DNA of 64,000 nucleotides from Candidatus Altimarinota bacterium. GTDB taxonomy: Bacteria; Patescibacteriota; Gracilibacteria; 1-14-2-50-48-13. The stretch spans positions 1,024,001-1,088,000 of the forward strand of contig JBKBWQ010000001.1 in the NCBI GenBank assembly GCA_046314355.1, in the 5' to 3' direction. The translations under genes were made by a program, and so were the position numbers. This document shows, in pieces, positions 11,051 to 21,030 of the stretch. The notes beneath the pieces were generated by a model. The model made no database searches. It was not told where the DNA came from and saw nothing but the letters and a program-made list of their open reading frames with translations. Numbering within the stretch: position 1 is the stretch's first letter; each line of letters begins with the position of its first letter.

Positions 11051-12064
11051 ATGAATATTCTCGTTACAGGCGGAGCCGGTTTTATTGGGTCAAACTTCAT
11101 TGAATATTGGCTCACTCATCATAAACAAGATACCATTATTAATTTGGATCTTATGACATATGCAGCTAATCCGAGGACTGTACATGCTCACAAAGAACAA
11201 TTTGGTGCACGGTATGTCTTTGTTGAAGGTGATATTACAAATATCCAGACAGTAGATACATTAGTAGAAAGAGTAGATCTCGTTGTACACTTTGCAGCAG
11301 AGAGTCATGTAGACAGAAGTATAGTAACACCAAGAATATTTTTGGAGACAAATGTACTTGGTACACATACTCTGCTTGAAGCTTGTAGAAAATTTGGAAA
11401 AAAAAGATATCATCATATTTCTACAGATGAAGTCTATGGCACACTTCCTCTCAATTCGGATGAGAAATTTAGTGAACTAACACCTCACTCTCCTAGATCA
11501 CCATATTCTGCTTCAAAATCAGCAGGTGATAATCTGGCGCTTGCTTATTATCATACCTACGGCTTGCCTGTAACAATTACTAACTGCAGTAATAACTACG
11601 GACCATATCACTTTCCTGAAAAAGTGATTCCCCTTTATATTACAAGAATTATGCAGAATAAGCCTATCCCTGTATATGGTGAAGGAAAAGCTGTTCGTGA
11701 TTACCTTTATGTTGAAGACCACTGCCGAGCTATTGAAGACGTTATTACAAAAGGTAAAATTGGTGAGACTTATTGTGTAGGTGGTAATTCAGAAAGAAAT
11801 ACCATAGAAATTGCGGAGACTATTCTCTTTAGCTTGGAAGGAAATAAAAACCTCATACGTTTTACAAAAGATAGACCGGGACATGATCCAAGGTATGCTA
11901 TCGATTATTCCAAGATCAAAAATGAACTTGGTTGGGAGCCAAAATATACATTTGAAGAAGGTATCAAGAAAACAATCCAGTGGTATCAGGACAATGAAGA
12001 CTGGTGGAGACCAATTTCGCAGGAAGCAGAGGCTATTGCTGAGAAGTATTTGGCGAATACGTAA
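11051..12064 (+). CDS. rfbB: dTDP-glucose 4,6-dehydratase
   Basis: GGAGFIGSN, HFAAESHVDRS, STDEVYG, YSASK. Confidence 0.96.
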   Translation: MNILVTGGAGFIGSNFIEYWLTHHKQDTIINLDLMTYAANPRTVHAHKEQFGARYVFVEGDITNIQTVDTLVERVDLVVHFAAESHVDRSIVTPRIFLETNVLGTHTLLEACRKFGKKRYHHISTDEVYGTLPLNSDEKFSELTPHSPRSPYSASKSAGDNLALAYYHTYGLPVTITNCSNNYGPYHFPEKVIPLYITRIMQNKPIPVYGEGKAVRDYLYVEDHCRAIEDVITKGKIGETYCVGGNSERNTIEIAETILFSLEGNKNLIRFTKDRPGHDPRYAIDYSKIKNELGWEPKYTFEEGIKKTIQWYQDNEDWWRPISQEAEAIAEKYLANT

Positions 12065-12073
12065 AATAATTTT

Positions 12074-12607
12074 ATGAAACAGGCTGAAGCCTATACATTT
12101 TGTCCTCTTTGTAGAGCAGACTTCATATATAAATCCGAATCACTACTTACATGCTCTACATGTAAGTTTAATTTGTATATAAGCCCAAAACCTGCTTCCT
12201 GCTGCATTATTGTTCTGCCGGATGAGAGAATACTACTTACTAGAAGAAATGTAGATCCATACAAGGGAAGCCTTGAACTTCCAGGAGGTTTTTTAGATAT
12301 TGGTGAAAACTTAAGGGATGGGATAAAAAGAGAAGTAAAAGAGGAAACAGGTATAGATATCAGCAGCTCTAGACTTGATTATTTTGATTCTTACCCAGTT
12401 CCCTATCCTTTTAAGGGAATTGAGTATGATGTTATAGTTACAGTATTTATAGCCCGTTTAAACAGCATACCTGACATAACTCATTATGACCCAAAAGAGA
12501 TTCAGGAAATTCTTTTAGTAAAACCTGAAGATATGAATCCTTCCGAAATAATTCTTGCTGCTGATAGAAAAGCTGTAGAAGATTATCTAAAACAATATCT
12601 CACTTAA
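12074..12607 (+). CDS. NUDIX hydrolase with N-terminal zinc ribbon
   Basis: FCPLC..CSTC; Nudix box GGFLDIGENLRDGIKREVKEETG. Confidence 0.9.
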   Translation: MKQAEAYTFCPLCRADFIYKSESLLTCSTCKFNLYISPKPASCCIIVLPDERILLTRRNVDPYKGSLELPGGFLDIGENLRDGIKREVKEETGIDISSSRLDYFDSYPVPYPFKGIEYDVIVTVFIARLNSIPDITHYDPKEIQEILLVKPEDMNPSEIILAADRKAVEDYLKQYLT

Positions 12608-12619
12608 AAATAATCTCAA

Positions 12620-13162
12620 ATGTACATACCTGAGAACAACGCTTTTTCTTACTGTCCTAAATGCGGGAGTACTCTAAGAAAAAAAGAAGAAAACTTACTT
12701 ATCTGTGCTGCATGTAGCTTTAAGTTCTACCTTTCCCCAAAACCGGGAGTAAAGGGAATCGTAATTAGTGAAGACGGGCGAATCCTCATGACTAGACGTA
12801 ATATTCCTCCGTATTTAGGAATGCTTGATCTGCCAGGAGGTTTTATAGAGCAGCTGGAAAATTTTGAAGAAGGTTTAGAAAGAGAACTATATGAAGAACT
12901 TGGGTCAACGCTAGATATAAAATCTATCTCCTATCTGGCGTCTTTTGGACGTCCTTATGGATATCAGAATATTCTCTACTCTGTAGTAGTACCAGTATTC
13001 ATTATCCACTTAAACGACAATCCAGTCTTTGATCTTTTTGATAAAAAAGAACTTCAGGAGGTTATTTTAATCAAACCAGAAGATATAGATATGGATGAAA
13101 TAGGAACTGAAGATTATAAAAATATTCTGCGGAAGTTTATAAAAAATAATACGGGGATCTGA
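12620..13162 (+). CDS. NUDIX hydrolase with N-terminal zinc ribbon (paralog of the preceding gene)
   Basis: YCPKC..CAAC; GGFIEQLENFEEGLERELYEELG. Confidence 0.9.
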   Translation: MYIPENNAFSYCPKCGSTLRKKEENLLICAACSFKFYLSPKPGVKGIVISEDGRILMTRRNIPPYLGMLDLPGGFIEQLENFEEGLERELYEELGSTLDIKSISYLASFGRPYGYQNILYSVVVPVFIIHLNDNPVFDLFDKKELQEVILIKPEDIDMDEIGTEDYKNILRKFIKNNTGI

Positions 13163-13188
13163 AAATTCTCTCTCTCCTAGTTTCCCTA

Positions 13189-13217
13189 TTGAAATTTGAA
13201 GCCTAGCTCTGTATAGT
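13189..13217 (+). promoter_or_regulatory. sigma70-type promoter for thrS
   Basis: TTGAAA-N17-TATAGT. Confidence 0.6.
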
Positions 13218-13395
13218 ACACATACAGTTTTTGAAACTGCTACTTTTTACCTTTATCTATGAATCAAGTACTCCACCCTGCATCCTGCGGTGAGGTTCAG
13301 GAAATATTCTGCATCTACAGACTGCACACGTGATTGGGCTATTGCCCCAAACATCAATGTGTATATTTTTCCTTACTTGAATATTAAATCTTACA

Positions 13396-15147
13396 ATGGA
13401 CGATAAATTATTTAAAAAACGGCATTCTTACTCTCATGTACTTGCTCAGGCAGTACTGCAGATGTTTCCAGAAGCAAAATTTGGTGTAGGACCCGCTATT
13501 GAGAACGGCTTCTACTATGACATGGAGCTTCCACGTACTCTCATACCTGAAGATCTTCCTCTGATTGAAGAAAAAATGCGTGAGATCATGAAAGCAAAGC
13601 AGGTTTTCGAATATTATGAAGAACCTGCAAATAAAGCTATCGAGTTCTTGAGAGCTGCAAATCAGCCTTATAAAGTAGAGTTAGTAGAAGATCTTGTAAA
13701 GAATGAAGGAATTGAAAAAGTTTCTTTTTATAAAAACGGAGAACATTTTGTCGATCTCTGTGAGGGACCTCATGTAGAAGATACTGGTAAACTTGATCTT
13801 TATGCTTTTAAGCTAGATAAGATTGCAGGAGCATACTGGAGAGGTGATGAAAAAAGACCAATGCTTCAGCGTATTTACGGACTTGCTTTTAATAACAGAA
13901 AGGATCTCGATGCTCATCTCAAAATGATCGAGGAAGCAAAAAAGCGGGATCATAGAAAGCTTGGTAAAGAGCTCGGTCTCTTTACTTTCTCTGAGCTCGT
14001 AGGATCAGGTCTGCCGCTTTGGACTCCCAAAGGAACTATCCTCCGTGAACTTCTCAATGACTTTGTCTGGGAACTTCGAAAGGTACGAGGCTATCAGAAA
14101 GTAGCAATTCCTCATATTACAAAGAAGGATCTTTATGAGACTAGCGGTCACTGGGCTAAGTATGCTGAAGATCTTTTCAAAATAGAGACTCGTGAGAACA
14201 ATCTCTACGCAATGAAGCCAATGAACTGTCCTCATCATACTCAGATTTTTGATTGTGAGCCAAGATCATATCGGGATATGCCGCAGAGATTCTGTGAGAC
14301 TACTATGGTATATCGTGATGAGCAGAGCGGAGAGCTCTCAGGTCTTTCCCGTGTACTTTCTATTACTCAGGATGATGCTCATGTATTCTGCCGAAGAAGT
14401 CAGATAGAGGAAGAGGCCATGAAAATTTGGGATATCATCGATACATTCTATGGTGCCTTTGGATTTGAGCTCAAACCAAGACTTTCACGTCATGATCCTG
14501 AAAAGTTTGAGAAATACAGCGGAACAAAAGAGACATGGAAAATGGCAGAAGATCAGCTTATTAGCATCATCGAGAAAAGAGGTGCAGAATATGTGGATGG
14601 TATCGGAGAAGCTGCTTTCTATGGTCCAAAGATCGACTTTATGTCTAAGGACTCTTTAGGGCGTGAACATCAAGTGGCCACTATTCAGCTCGACTTTAGT
14701 CAGCCTGAGAGTTTCAATCTTTACTGTATCAATGAGCAGGGAGAGAAGGAAAGAGTCACTATGATTCACTGTGCCATCATGGGATCAATAGAACGCTTCC
14801 TGAGCGTATTTATAGAGCATTGTGCTGGTGCATTCCCTGTATGGCTTGCGCCGGTTCAGGTGGCAATATTACCAGTTGCTGAAGTACACACTACTTACGC
14901 GCGAGAAATAAGAGAAATGCTTGAGTCAAATGATATCAGAGTACAGTGGCTTGAGGAGGATAGTCTCGGAAAGCGTATCCGTGACGCAGAGATGGCAAAG
15001 ATACCTTATATGCTCGTTATCGGAGATAAGGAGATAGAAGGCAATACTCTTGCAGTACGAGATTATAAGACTAAGAAGCAGGATGTAATGGAAAAAGACG
15101 CATTTGTAAAAATGCTGCTTGAAAAGGTAAAGACAAGAGCACTTTAA
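13396..15147 (+). CDS. thrS: threonyl-tRNA synthetase (lacks N-terminal TGS domain)
   Basis: RHSYSH, DLCEGPH, KPMNCPHH, GEAAFYGPKIDF, MIHCAIMGSIERF. Confidence 0.98.
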   Translation: MDDKLFKKRHSYSHVLAQAVLQMFPEAKFGVGPAIENGFYYDMELPRTLIPEDLPLIEEKMREIMKAKQVFEYYEEPANKAIEFLRAANQPYKVELVEDLVKNEGIEKVSFYKNGEHFVDLCEGPHVEDTGKLDLYAFKLDKIAGAYWRGDEKRPMLQRIYGLAFNNRKDLDAHLKMIEEAKKRDHRKLGKELGLFTFSELVGSGLPLWTPKGTILRELLNDFVWELRKVRGYQKVAIPHITKKDLYETSGHWAKYAEDLFKIETRENNLYAMKPMNCPHHTQIFDCEPRSYRDMPQRFCETTMVYRDEQSGELSGLSRVLSITQDDAHVFCRRSQIEEEAMKIWDIIDTFYGAFGFELKPRLSRHDPEKFEKYSGTKETWKMAEDQLISIIEKRGAEYVDGIGEAAFYGPKIDFMSKDSLGREHQVATIQLDFSQPESFNLYCINEQGEKERVTMIHCAIMGSIERFLSVFIEHCAGAFPVWLAPVQVAILPVAEVHTTYAREIREMLESNDIRVQWLEEDSLGKRIRDAEMAKIPYMLVIGDKEIEGNTLAVRDYKTKKQDVMEKDAFVKMLLEKVKTRAL

Positions 15148-16541
15148 AGTTCATCAAAGAGCTTTCGTTGAGTACTTTGAGAAAGGCGGGTCTGAGACCC
15201 GTCTTTCTTTTTTTCGTAATAAGTAACCATATCTATATCTTGATCATAATAAATATGCTTTCCGCTGCCGTCCTCAGCTAGAGAATACAAGGGCAAACTT
15301 TGTTTTTTATGCTTTTTCATTCTATATGCCTTCGACATAGCAATGCGAGTTTTTACCTTTTTGGTTGTATGATATGTAGGAGATTTTGGGAAAGATACAA
15401 CTTTTTCTTCAGTCTGTTCACGTAATTCTCCTAAAGAGCATATATATTTATATAGAAGCAGCCTTACACTTTCTGAATAATCCTGTGGATGCTGGAGTAG
15501 AATACAAATCATTTTCTTTGTTTCAAAGACATGCTTTTGAAGCATAGAAAGCAATTCATTTACAGAAGGTTCAATATCCCACAAAATCTCAGCAAGCACT
15601 AAGCAGTATTGATCTAATACATCATTGATATCAAGATAAGTTCTCCTAACTTTACGATTTCTATTCTCATCACGCAGTCTTTTTTCCTTCACCTTACTTT
15701 CATGATATGCAAGATCATATACCCATTGAGGCTTTTTCTCTTTACGGATCAATTCCCCTAAGCGGGTCTGCACATGCGAAGTATCAAGCATATGAGTATG
15801 TTTATTCATTTCTAGTTCTTTCATCTGAGTCATTATATCCAGTAGTTTTCCTTTATGCTCAAACATTTTCTCTATGCCGTCTATCCGTTGGATTTGAGTT
15901 TGATCATAAAGATCAAATAGCTGGCGTTTAATATCGTTTTCTCTCAAGAACTCATCAGTCATTTTATGAATAAACTCATGAAACCAGCGCTGGAGATAAA
16001 GAGTATTATCATATCCATGTGCTCCGCCCAATCCCTGTTTTAAGTGATGATGCAAATCTACAAAGGAAGAGATTTGAATATCTTCTACAATAAAAGATTT
16101 TCTCTCCCTCTTATTAGGTACATTTGTAGTAGAGTTAGGCTTTTTCTTCAGACGCTGATCTTTTATATATTCTTCAAATATTTTAGGAGTCTGCGGAATT
16201 GAATTATTTAGATAATGACTGAGATATCTTGATGTAAGCTGGATATTCTCCCCCATATGCATGAGCTCTATCAAAAGAGCACGGTTCTGGAAACGTGCTT
16301 CATTCCATGTCAATCTCAATCCTTTTAATATACTTCTAATTTCTTCTGTAAAAAATTGTGTATAGTTATTAATCTCTTCTCTATCTATACAATCATTCTC
16401 AAGAGCATTTTTATCACTCACTTGATTGAATACTCTTTTAAAAAATTCACTTTTGAGATCATGAAGAGTGTGAATAATTTCATCTGAGCTCTTGGAAAAA
16501 GATTCAGACGGACCATTACTTGAATAAGTATGAATGGACAC
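15144..16541 (-). CDS. hypothetical protein (helical, Lys-rich)
   Basis: 465-aa ORF with GTG start; no recognisable motif. Confidence 0.6.
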   Translation of the reverse strand: MSIHTYSSNGPSESFSKSSDEIIHTLHDLKSEFFKRVFNQVSDKNALENDCIDREEINNYTQFFTEEIRSILKGLRLTWNEARFQNRALLIELMHMGENIQLTSRYLSHYLNNSIPQTPKIFEEYIKDQRLKKKPNSTTNVPNKRERKSFIVEDIQISSFVDLHHHLKQGLGGAHGYDNTLYLQRWFHEFIHKMTDEFLRENDIKRQLFDLYDQTQIQRIDGIEKMFEHKGKLLDIMTQMKELEMNKHTHMLDTSHVQTRLGELIRKEKKPQWVYDLAYHESKVKEKRLRDENRNRKVRRTYLDINDVLDQYCLVLAEILWDIEPSVNELLSMLQKHVFETKKMICILLQHPQDYSESVRLLLYKYICSLGELREQTEEKVVSFPKSPTYHTTKKVKTRIAMSKAYRMKKHKKQSLPLYSLAEDGSGKHIYYDQDIDMVTYYEKKKDGSQTRLSQSTQRKLFDEL

Positions 16542-16616
16542 TTTTATAAAATCAAAAATATGTTGAAGTACTTTTACTCCAACATGCGGTGAATGTCAAA
16601 GGAGAGTGAAAATATT

Positions 16617-19600
16617 CTATGTATCTCCATTCACTTTCTTTGCCTTTTCAATAAGAGTTGGATCAATACTTACAGTACGTTCGGATTCATATACAGCATT
16701 TACAGTAAGGGGTCCTAAGAGTGCAGTCGTCATTCCAAGTCCCATTGCGCCGTATCCACCTGCTTTTATAGCAGCTTTATTCCCATTTGCAAAGGCATAC
16801 AATTCTTCTGCTACTCTCTTCCACCCCACACGCTCAGCAACCTTAGCGATTCTTGGCCATTCATGCTGCAACTTTAATGCAAGTTTACCCATTACCCCCT
16901 CAGTCTTTGCAATTTTTTGTATTTTTGCGTACATATTTAATCCTAAACTTGCTCCACCTGTCACCGGTGCACCAACTAGAGAAACTGTATCAAGCGCAAA
17001 TCCGGCTGTTGCCCACAGTCCGCTGGCTACCTGCTCCATTCCTGTCATTTCTCTCCCTGTCACAAGCTGTTTTCCACTAACAGCGCTATAAAGACTAGAG
17101 AGTGCTCCAACATACAGCGGACAAATATCTACAGCAAACTGTGCGATATCCCATCTTGAAACTCCTGAGAATACTTCTGTAAATATTTGCTGAGGAGTTT
17201 CTTCTATCTGTCCTTTTTCAGGACTTGCAAAAGTATTATATGCAATCTTTCCTGTAGCTTCTAAGCTCTTCATTCCTACAAACAACATAGTTGCTTTCAC
17301 TCCTGAGAGAGCGATTGAATGCGGTCCAACAAGAGAAATCTTTGTCGCAAATTTCTTTCGATTATCTAATATCTTTCCAAACTCTTCAGCTAGTTCTGAT
17401 GTTTTTAGGTCTTTAGGGAGATTTTTATGCTGTTCAAATAGGAGAGCAAGAAGAGGATTTTTCTTCTGCTGCACTTTTTTGACTTCTTCTTCCACCATGG
17501 TAGAGATCTTCTTTCTCACCTCATAGCTATCCTTTACACCTCCCTCCTGTTGATGTAGTCGTACAAACTCAGCAGTTTTCTCCTGGATTATCTTTTCAGC
17601 AGCTCTTTCAAATGTATCTAACTCCTGGATAGTACTTTTCATGAGAGTAACTTTCTCAGTATGATTTGGTAGTGCATCAAACTGTTGTTTCGTTACATTT
17701 AGCTTTTGATTGTCATACGCAGTTGAAGAAGTATCGATTTTCCCCATATTTTTTGCAGTCTCTACATTTTTTGTATTCAGTTCCACTTGTTTTGCTTCTA
17801 AAGCTGTAACATCGATATTTGCTTTTTTATTTTTTCCAATTTCTTTTTGCAGCTTATGTTGTTTTGCAAGCTGGTTAATATAGTTCCGTTCTTTTTGAAT
17901 TTGCTCTTCTAATGCCGTGATGATTCTTTCCCTATTTTCAGGTGTGACATCTTTAAGATTAAGTTTTTCTAGCATTTCTTTCGCATGAGGAACAGTCTCT
18001 AGAGATTCACGAGCTGCATCATAAAAAGTGCTACTAAATAGTATCTTCATTTCAGCTTGTCGTAAGTACTGAATAGATTCGTACATTTTCGTAATATTAT
18101 TTCTGCTACTCGCAATCTTTGGATCAGTCATATTCATTTTTGATCCAGCTCTTGATGCTATTTCTCTTACTGTTTCTACATGTTTTTTACTCCAGACGCT
18201 CAGTCTATCACGAGGATTTTTTAGAATACGGTCAAATTCTCTATTCATAAGCGGTGCTAGCATATGTCGGCGCATAATTTCTTCTACTTCTATAAATCCA
18301 GTAATAGGATATGTTGCCATCTGCGTTAGTATTTTTGCTTTTGTTGCAAATTTTACCCCAGAAGGTTTACCGCCTAGAAGTCCAACAGTTACAGATTTGG
18401 CTGCTACCAATGTTGTAGTTCCTAACGCAAATACAGCAACTGGTACAGCACCATTTGCAAGATCTATAAAATACTGGGTATAGTTTGCATCTTGTCCTTT
18501 CATATAATTCCCAAAGGCTTTGAAAGCACCTAAAGTAAGATTTAAAGGACCAAAAAAGTATGTCTGGCTTGCTCCTTCAAACATCCACTCGGTTCCTATT
18601 AGAATTACTCGCCCAGTTCCACTCTTTAACTTTTCAAAGATAGTCTTTCCAAGCTCTTCTTCTGCTTCCTTAGGGCCTCTCATTGCTTTTTGCACATCTC
18701 CACCCATTTCTTTTACACGCTGCGTCATAAGGCCAAATATTTGAGTTTTTTCAATAGCTCCATACCCTGTGATGAAGTTTCTGGCTTTTTCATGTGCAGC
18801 AACCGCATCTAGAGTTGGATCCACACATATATTATACGGTCCTTCTGTCCATATCCCCTTAGCATCCTTTTTTCTAAAACGTACATATCCTTGCTCTGTA
18901 GTAATAGTACTCAAGGCATCAGCTTGCTCCAAAAGATCATGAAGATTTTCTACATCCTCTTTTTTAATTTTCTGTCCAAGTTTTTGAGTTTTTTCAACTT
19001 TCTCTAAAGCAGCTATGACAATTGCATACTTTGTATCTTCCAATAAATCCTGCTGATGTTTAAGATAATCTTTAAAGTTTCTTAAACCTAAAAGATTCTT
19101 TTCTTTCACTAGCTGCTCGGGAGAGTTAATAAGCAGATTTTCTGCAAGAATTTTTGCGAAATTTTTAGTTATGCTTTCAGGCTTTCCTAAATATTCTTCA
19201 AGTTTTTTATCTCTTGTTAAGATAGCAGTAATATCCTTCCACTCGTCCTCATCTGGAATATTATATCCTTGTTCCTGCATCCATTTTATGACATTTCCTT
19301 TCTCCTGATCAATTACTTTTTTTAGCTCTTTACTATCTTTTGGTAATAGAATTTCTTTAGAAAGAAAATATCCTGTCACACCAAATAAAGAGGTAAGACT
19401 GAGCTTATTGATAGTCAGCCAATCAAGTTTAGCTAGTTTTAATACAGGACCTGCAGAAAAGTCTAGACTGTTTTTACCTGCTGAAAAGGCTAATGCACGC
19501 AAAGAAGGAAAAACGATAAAAGCAGCAGCAGCAGTATCTGTATTTACTTTTAACCATGATCCAATAGGCGAGAGGGCCTTAGTAAGATCCTGTCCATAAT

Positions 19601-20837
19601 GTTTCAGAGCTTCAGCTGCTGGTACCTTTTCAATAGTATTATTAGAAATATTTACTGCACTTTGAGTATTTTTTGTTTCAGCAGTTGGGTTATTTACCAC
19701 TTCAGTTGTAGTGCTTTGTGTAGTTGGTAATAGTTTCATAATTGCCTCAGGTAAGCCAAATTTCTCAGCTATCTCTTTCTTTTCATCCTCAGTAAAATCA
19801 ATCTTTTTCTCCGCAAGTAACTGTGCAATACCTTTTCCTCCATCCTTTTTATATGCATTTGTAAATTCCTCTGGAGATACTTTTCCATCAAGTTTTTTGA
19901 TAAAAGTATCTGTAAGCTTATCTCCAAGCAAAGGCTTGAGTGTATTTTCCAGCACTACTTTCAAGGCTTTATCTCCAAAGAAGGAAGTCATCATTTCAAG
20001 AGGATTTTTCCCTGAAAGCATTGTAAGTCCTACAGCTCCGAGTACAGCACCTCCACCGATAAGCCATTTCCAAAATCCTCCATGTTCACTCTTCTCTTCT
20101 TTCTTGCTGCCAAAGAGTGAGGAGATGAATTTTACTGCACCATATACACCTAATCCTACTGCTGCCGTAGTCATAAGTGTACTTTTATTTTCAACTATTT
20201 TATCCCAGATACTTTTTTCAGCAGGAGGTAGCTCCACTTTCTTTTTTTGTAGAAGTGTATCATTATCTGCAATCTTTGCTTTTATGCTCACTGCTACTGC
20301 TACTCCTTTCTGTATCTGATCAATCAAAGGATTCCAATGATCAAATATAAGGCGTGCATTCTGTTTTTGTGCCTCAGTACCGCTAAGTAGATATCCATAT
20401 AGTGTCTGAAGTTTTCCATGAAGTCCTTTAGCTTTTTCAGAAAGTATATAATGCTCTTGAAGTGCAGGATCAAAGAAAAGTCCCCCAGCCTTTAGCTTGA
20501 GATCTTCAGGAGCTATAACATTGTCATTTATTGCTACAAGCTGATGAAGCAAAATAAACGTTTCCTTTTGAAATAATTCAAACTTCTTTTTTTCTTCTGG
20601 AAGTACGGGCACTTTATCAAAGGAAAGATCATCAAAATTAGATTCGATATCAACCTTTTGCTTCGTATCATTCTCTATTTCTTTACTCAGGATATCCATC
20701 TCTACTTTACTTCCAAGCGGTGCAAGCTCAGATTTTGTAGTAAGTTCCACTTGTCTCTGCGCGCTTTCCGCTTTTTGCGAAAGATCCTGATTTGGCACTT
20801 CTGCCTTATTGATATTTTTGTCCTGTTGGGAAGCCAT
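16617..20837 (-). CDS. large membrane-associated protein with C-terminal pre-toxin TG-like motif
   Basis: 1406 aa; Gly-rich hydrophobic helices and coiled coils; DICP..G..SLYSAVSGKQLVTGREMTGMEQ near the C-terminus. Confidence 0.65.
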   Translation of the reverse strand: MASQQDKNINKAEVPNQDLSQKAESAQRQVELTTKSELAPLGSKVEMDILSKEIENDTKQKVDIESNFDDLSFDKVPVLPEEKKKFELFQKETFILLHQLVAINDNVIAPEDLKLKAGGLFFDPALQEHYILSEKAKGLHGKLQTLYGYLLSGTEAQKQNARLIFDHWNPLIDQIQKGVAVAVSIKAKIADNDTLLQKKKVELPPAEKSIWDKIVENKSTLMTTAAVGLGVYGAVKFISSLFGSKKEEKSEHGGFWKWLIGGGAVLGAVGLTMLSGKNPLEMMTSFFGDKALKVVLENTLKPLLGDKLTDTFIKKLDGKVSPEEFTNAYKKDGGKGIAQLLAEKKIDFTEDEKKEIAEKFGLPEAIMKLLPTTQSTTTEVVNNPTAETKNTQSAVNISNNTIEKVPAAEALKHYGQDLTKALSPIGSWLKVNTDTAAAAFIVFPSLRALAFSAGKNSLDFSAGPVLKLAKLDWLTINKLSLTSLFGVTGYFLSKEILLPKDSKELKKVIDQEKGNVIKWMQEQGYNIPDEDEWKDITAILTRDKKLEEYLGKPESITKNFAKILAENLLINSPEQLVKEKNLLGLRNFKDYLKHQQDLLEDTKYAIVIAALEKVEKTQKLGQKIKKEDVENLHDLLEQADALSTITTEQGYVRFRKKDAKGIWTEGPYNICVDPTLDAVAAHEKARNFITGYGAIEKTQIFGLMTQRVKEMGGDVQKAMRGPKEAEEELGKTIFEKLKSGTGRVILIGTEWMFEGASQTYFFGPLNLTLGAFKAFGNYMKGQDANYTQYFIDLANGAVPVAVFALGTTTLVAAKSVTVGLLGGKPSGVKFATKAKILTQMATYPITGFIEVEEIMRRHMLAPLMNREFDRILKNPRDRLSVWSKKHVETVREIASRAGSKMNMTDPKIASSRNNITKMYESIQYLRQAEMKILFSSTFYDAARESLETVPHAKEMLEKLNLKDVTPENRERIITALEEQIQKERNYINQLAKQHKLQKEIGKNKKANIDVTALEAKQVELNTKNVETAKNMGKIDTSSTAYDNQKLNVTKQQFDALPNHTEKVTLMKSTIQELDTFERAAEKIIQEKTAEFVRLHQQEGGVKDSYEVRKKISTMVEEEVKKVQQKKNPLLALLFEQHKNLPKDLKTSELAEEFGKILDNRKKFATKISLVGPHSIALSGVKATMLFVGMKSLEATGKIAYNTFASPEKGQIEETPQQIFTEVFSGVSRWDIAQFAVDICPLYVGALSSLYSAVSGKQLVTGREMTGMEQVASGLWATAGFALDTVSLVGAPVTGGASLGLNMYAKIQKIAKTEGVMGKLALKLQHEWPRIAKVAERVGWKRVAEELYAFANGNKAAIKAGGYGAMGLGMTTALLGPLTVNAVYESERTVSIDPTLIEKAKKVNGDT

Positions 20838-21030
20838 GAAAAGAAAAGAGAAATTATCATAGTATTATAGCACAGAAAGCCTGCTTTTCACAACTGTCCA
20901 ACTTATACATTCATACTGTCTGAAGCTTTATAAAAGACTGTTTATATCTATGTACAACACTTCCGTGTCTACTCCTTTTGCAAAAATACTCAACTACTTG
21001 CAGAATATGCATAGATATTAACCACCACTT

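Noticed and set aside
13396-15147. Short ThrRS lacking the TGS domain; HolB lacking Walker A and zinc motifs
   Set aside because: Such truncations are common in reduced genomes and are not notable.
19711-20319. Long antisense ORFs (e.g. 19711-20319, 9091-9654, 16606-17091, 6566-7060)
   Set aside because: They are shadows of longer genes on the opposite strand and have no motifs of their own.
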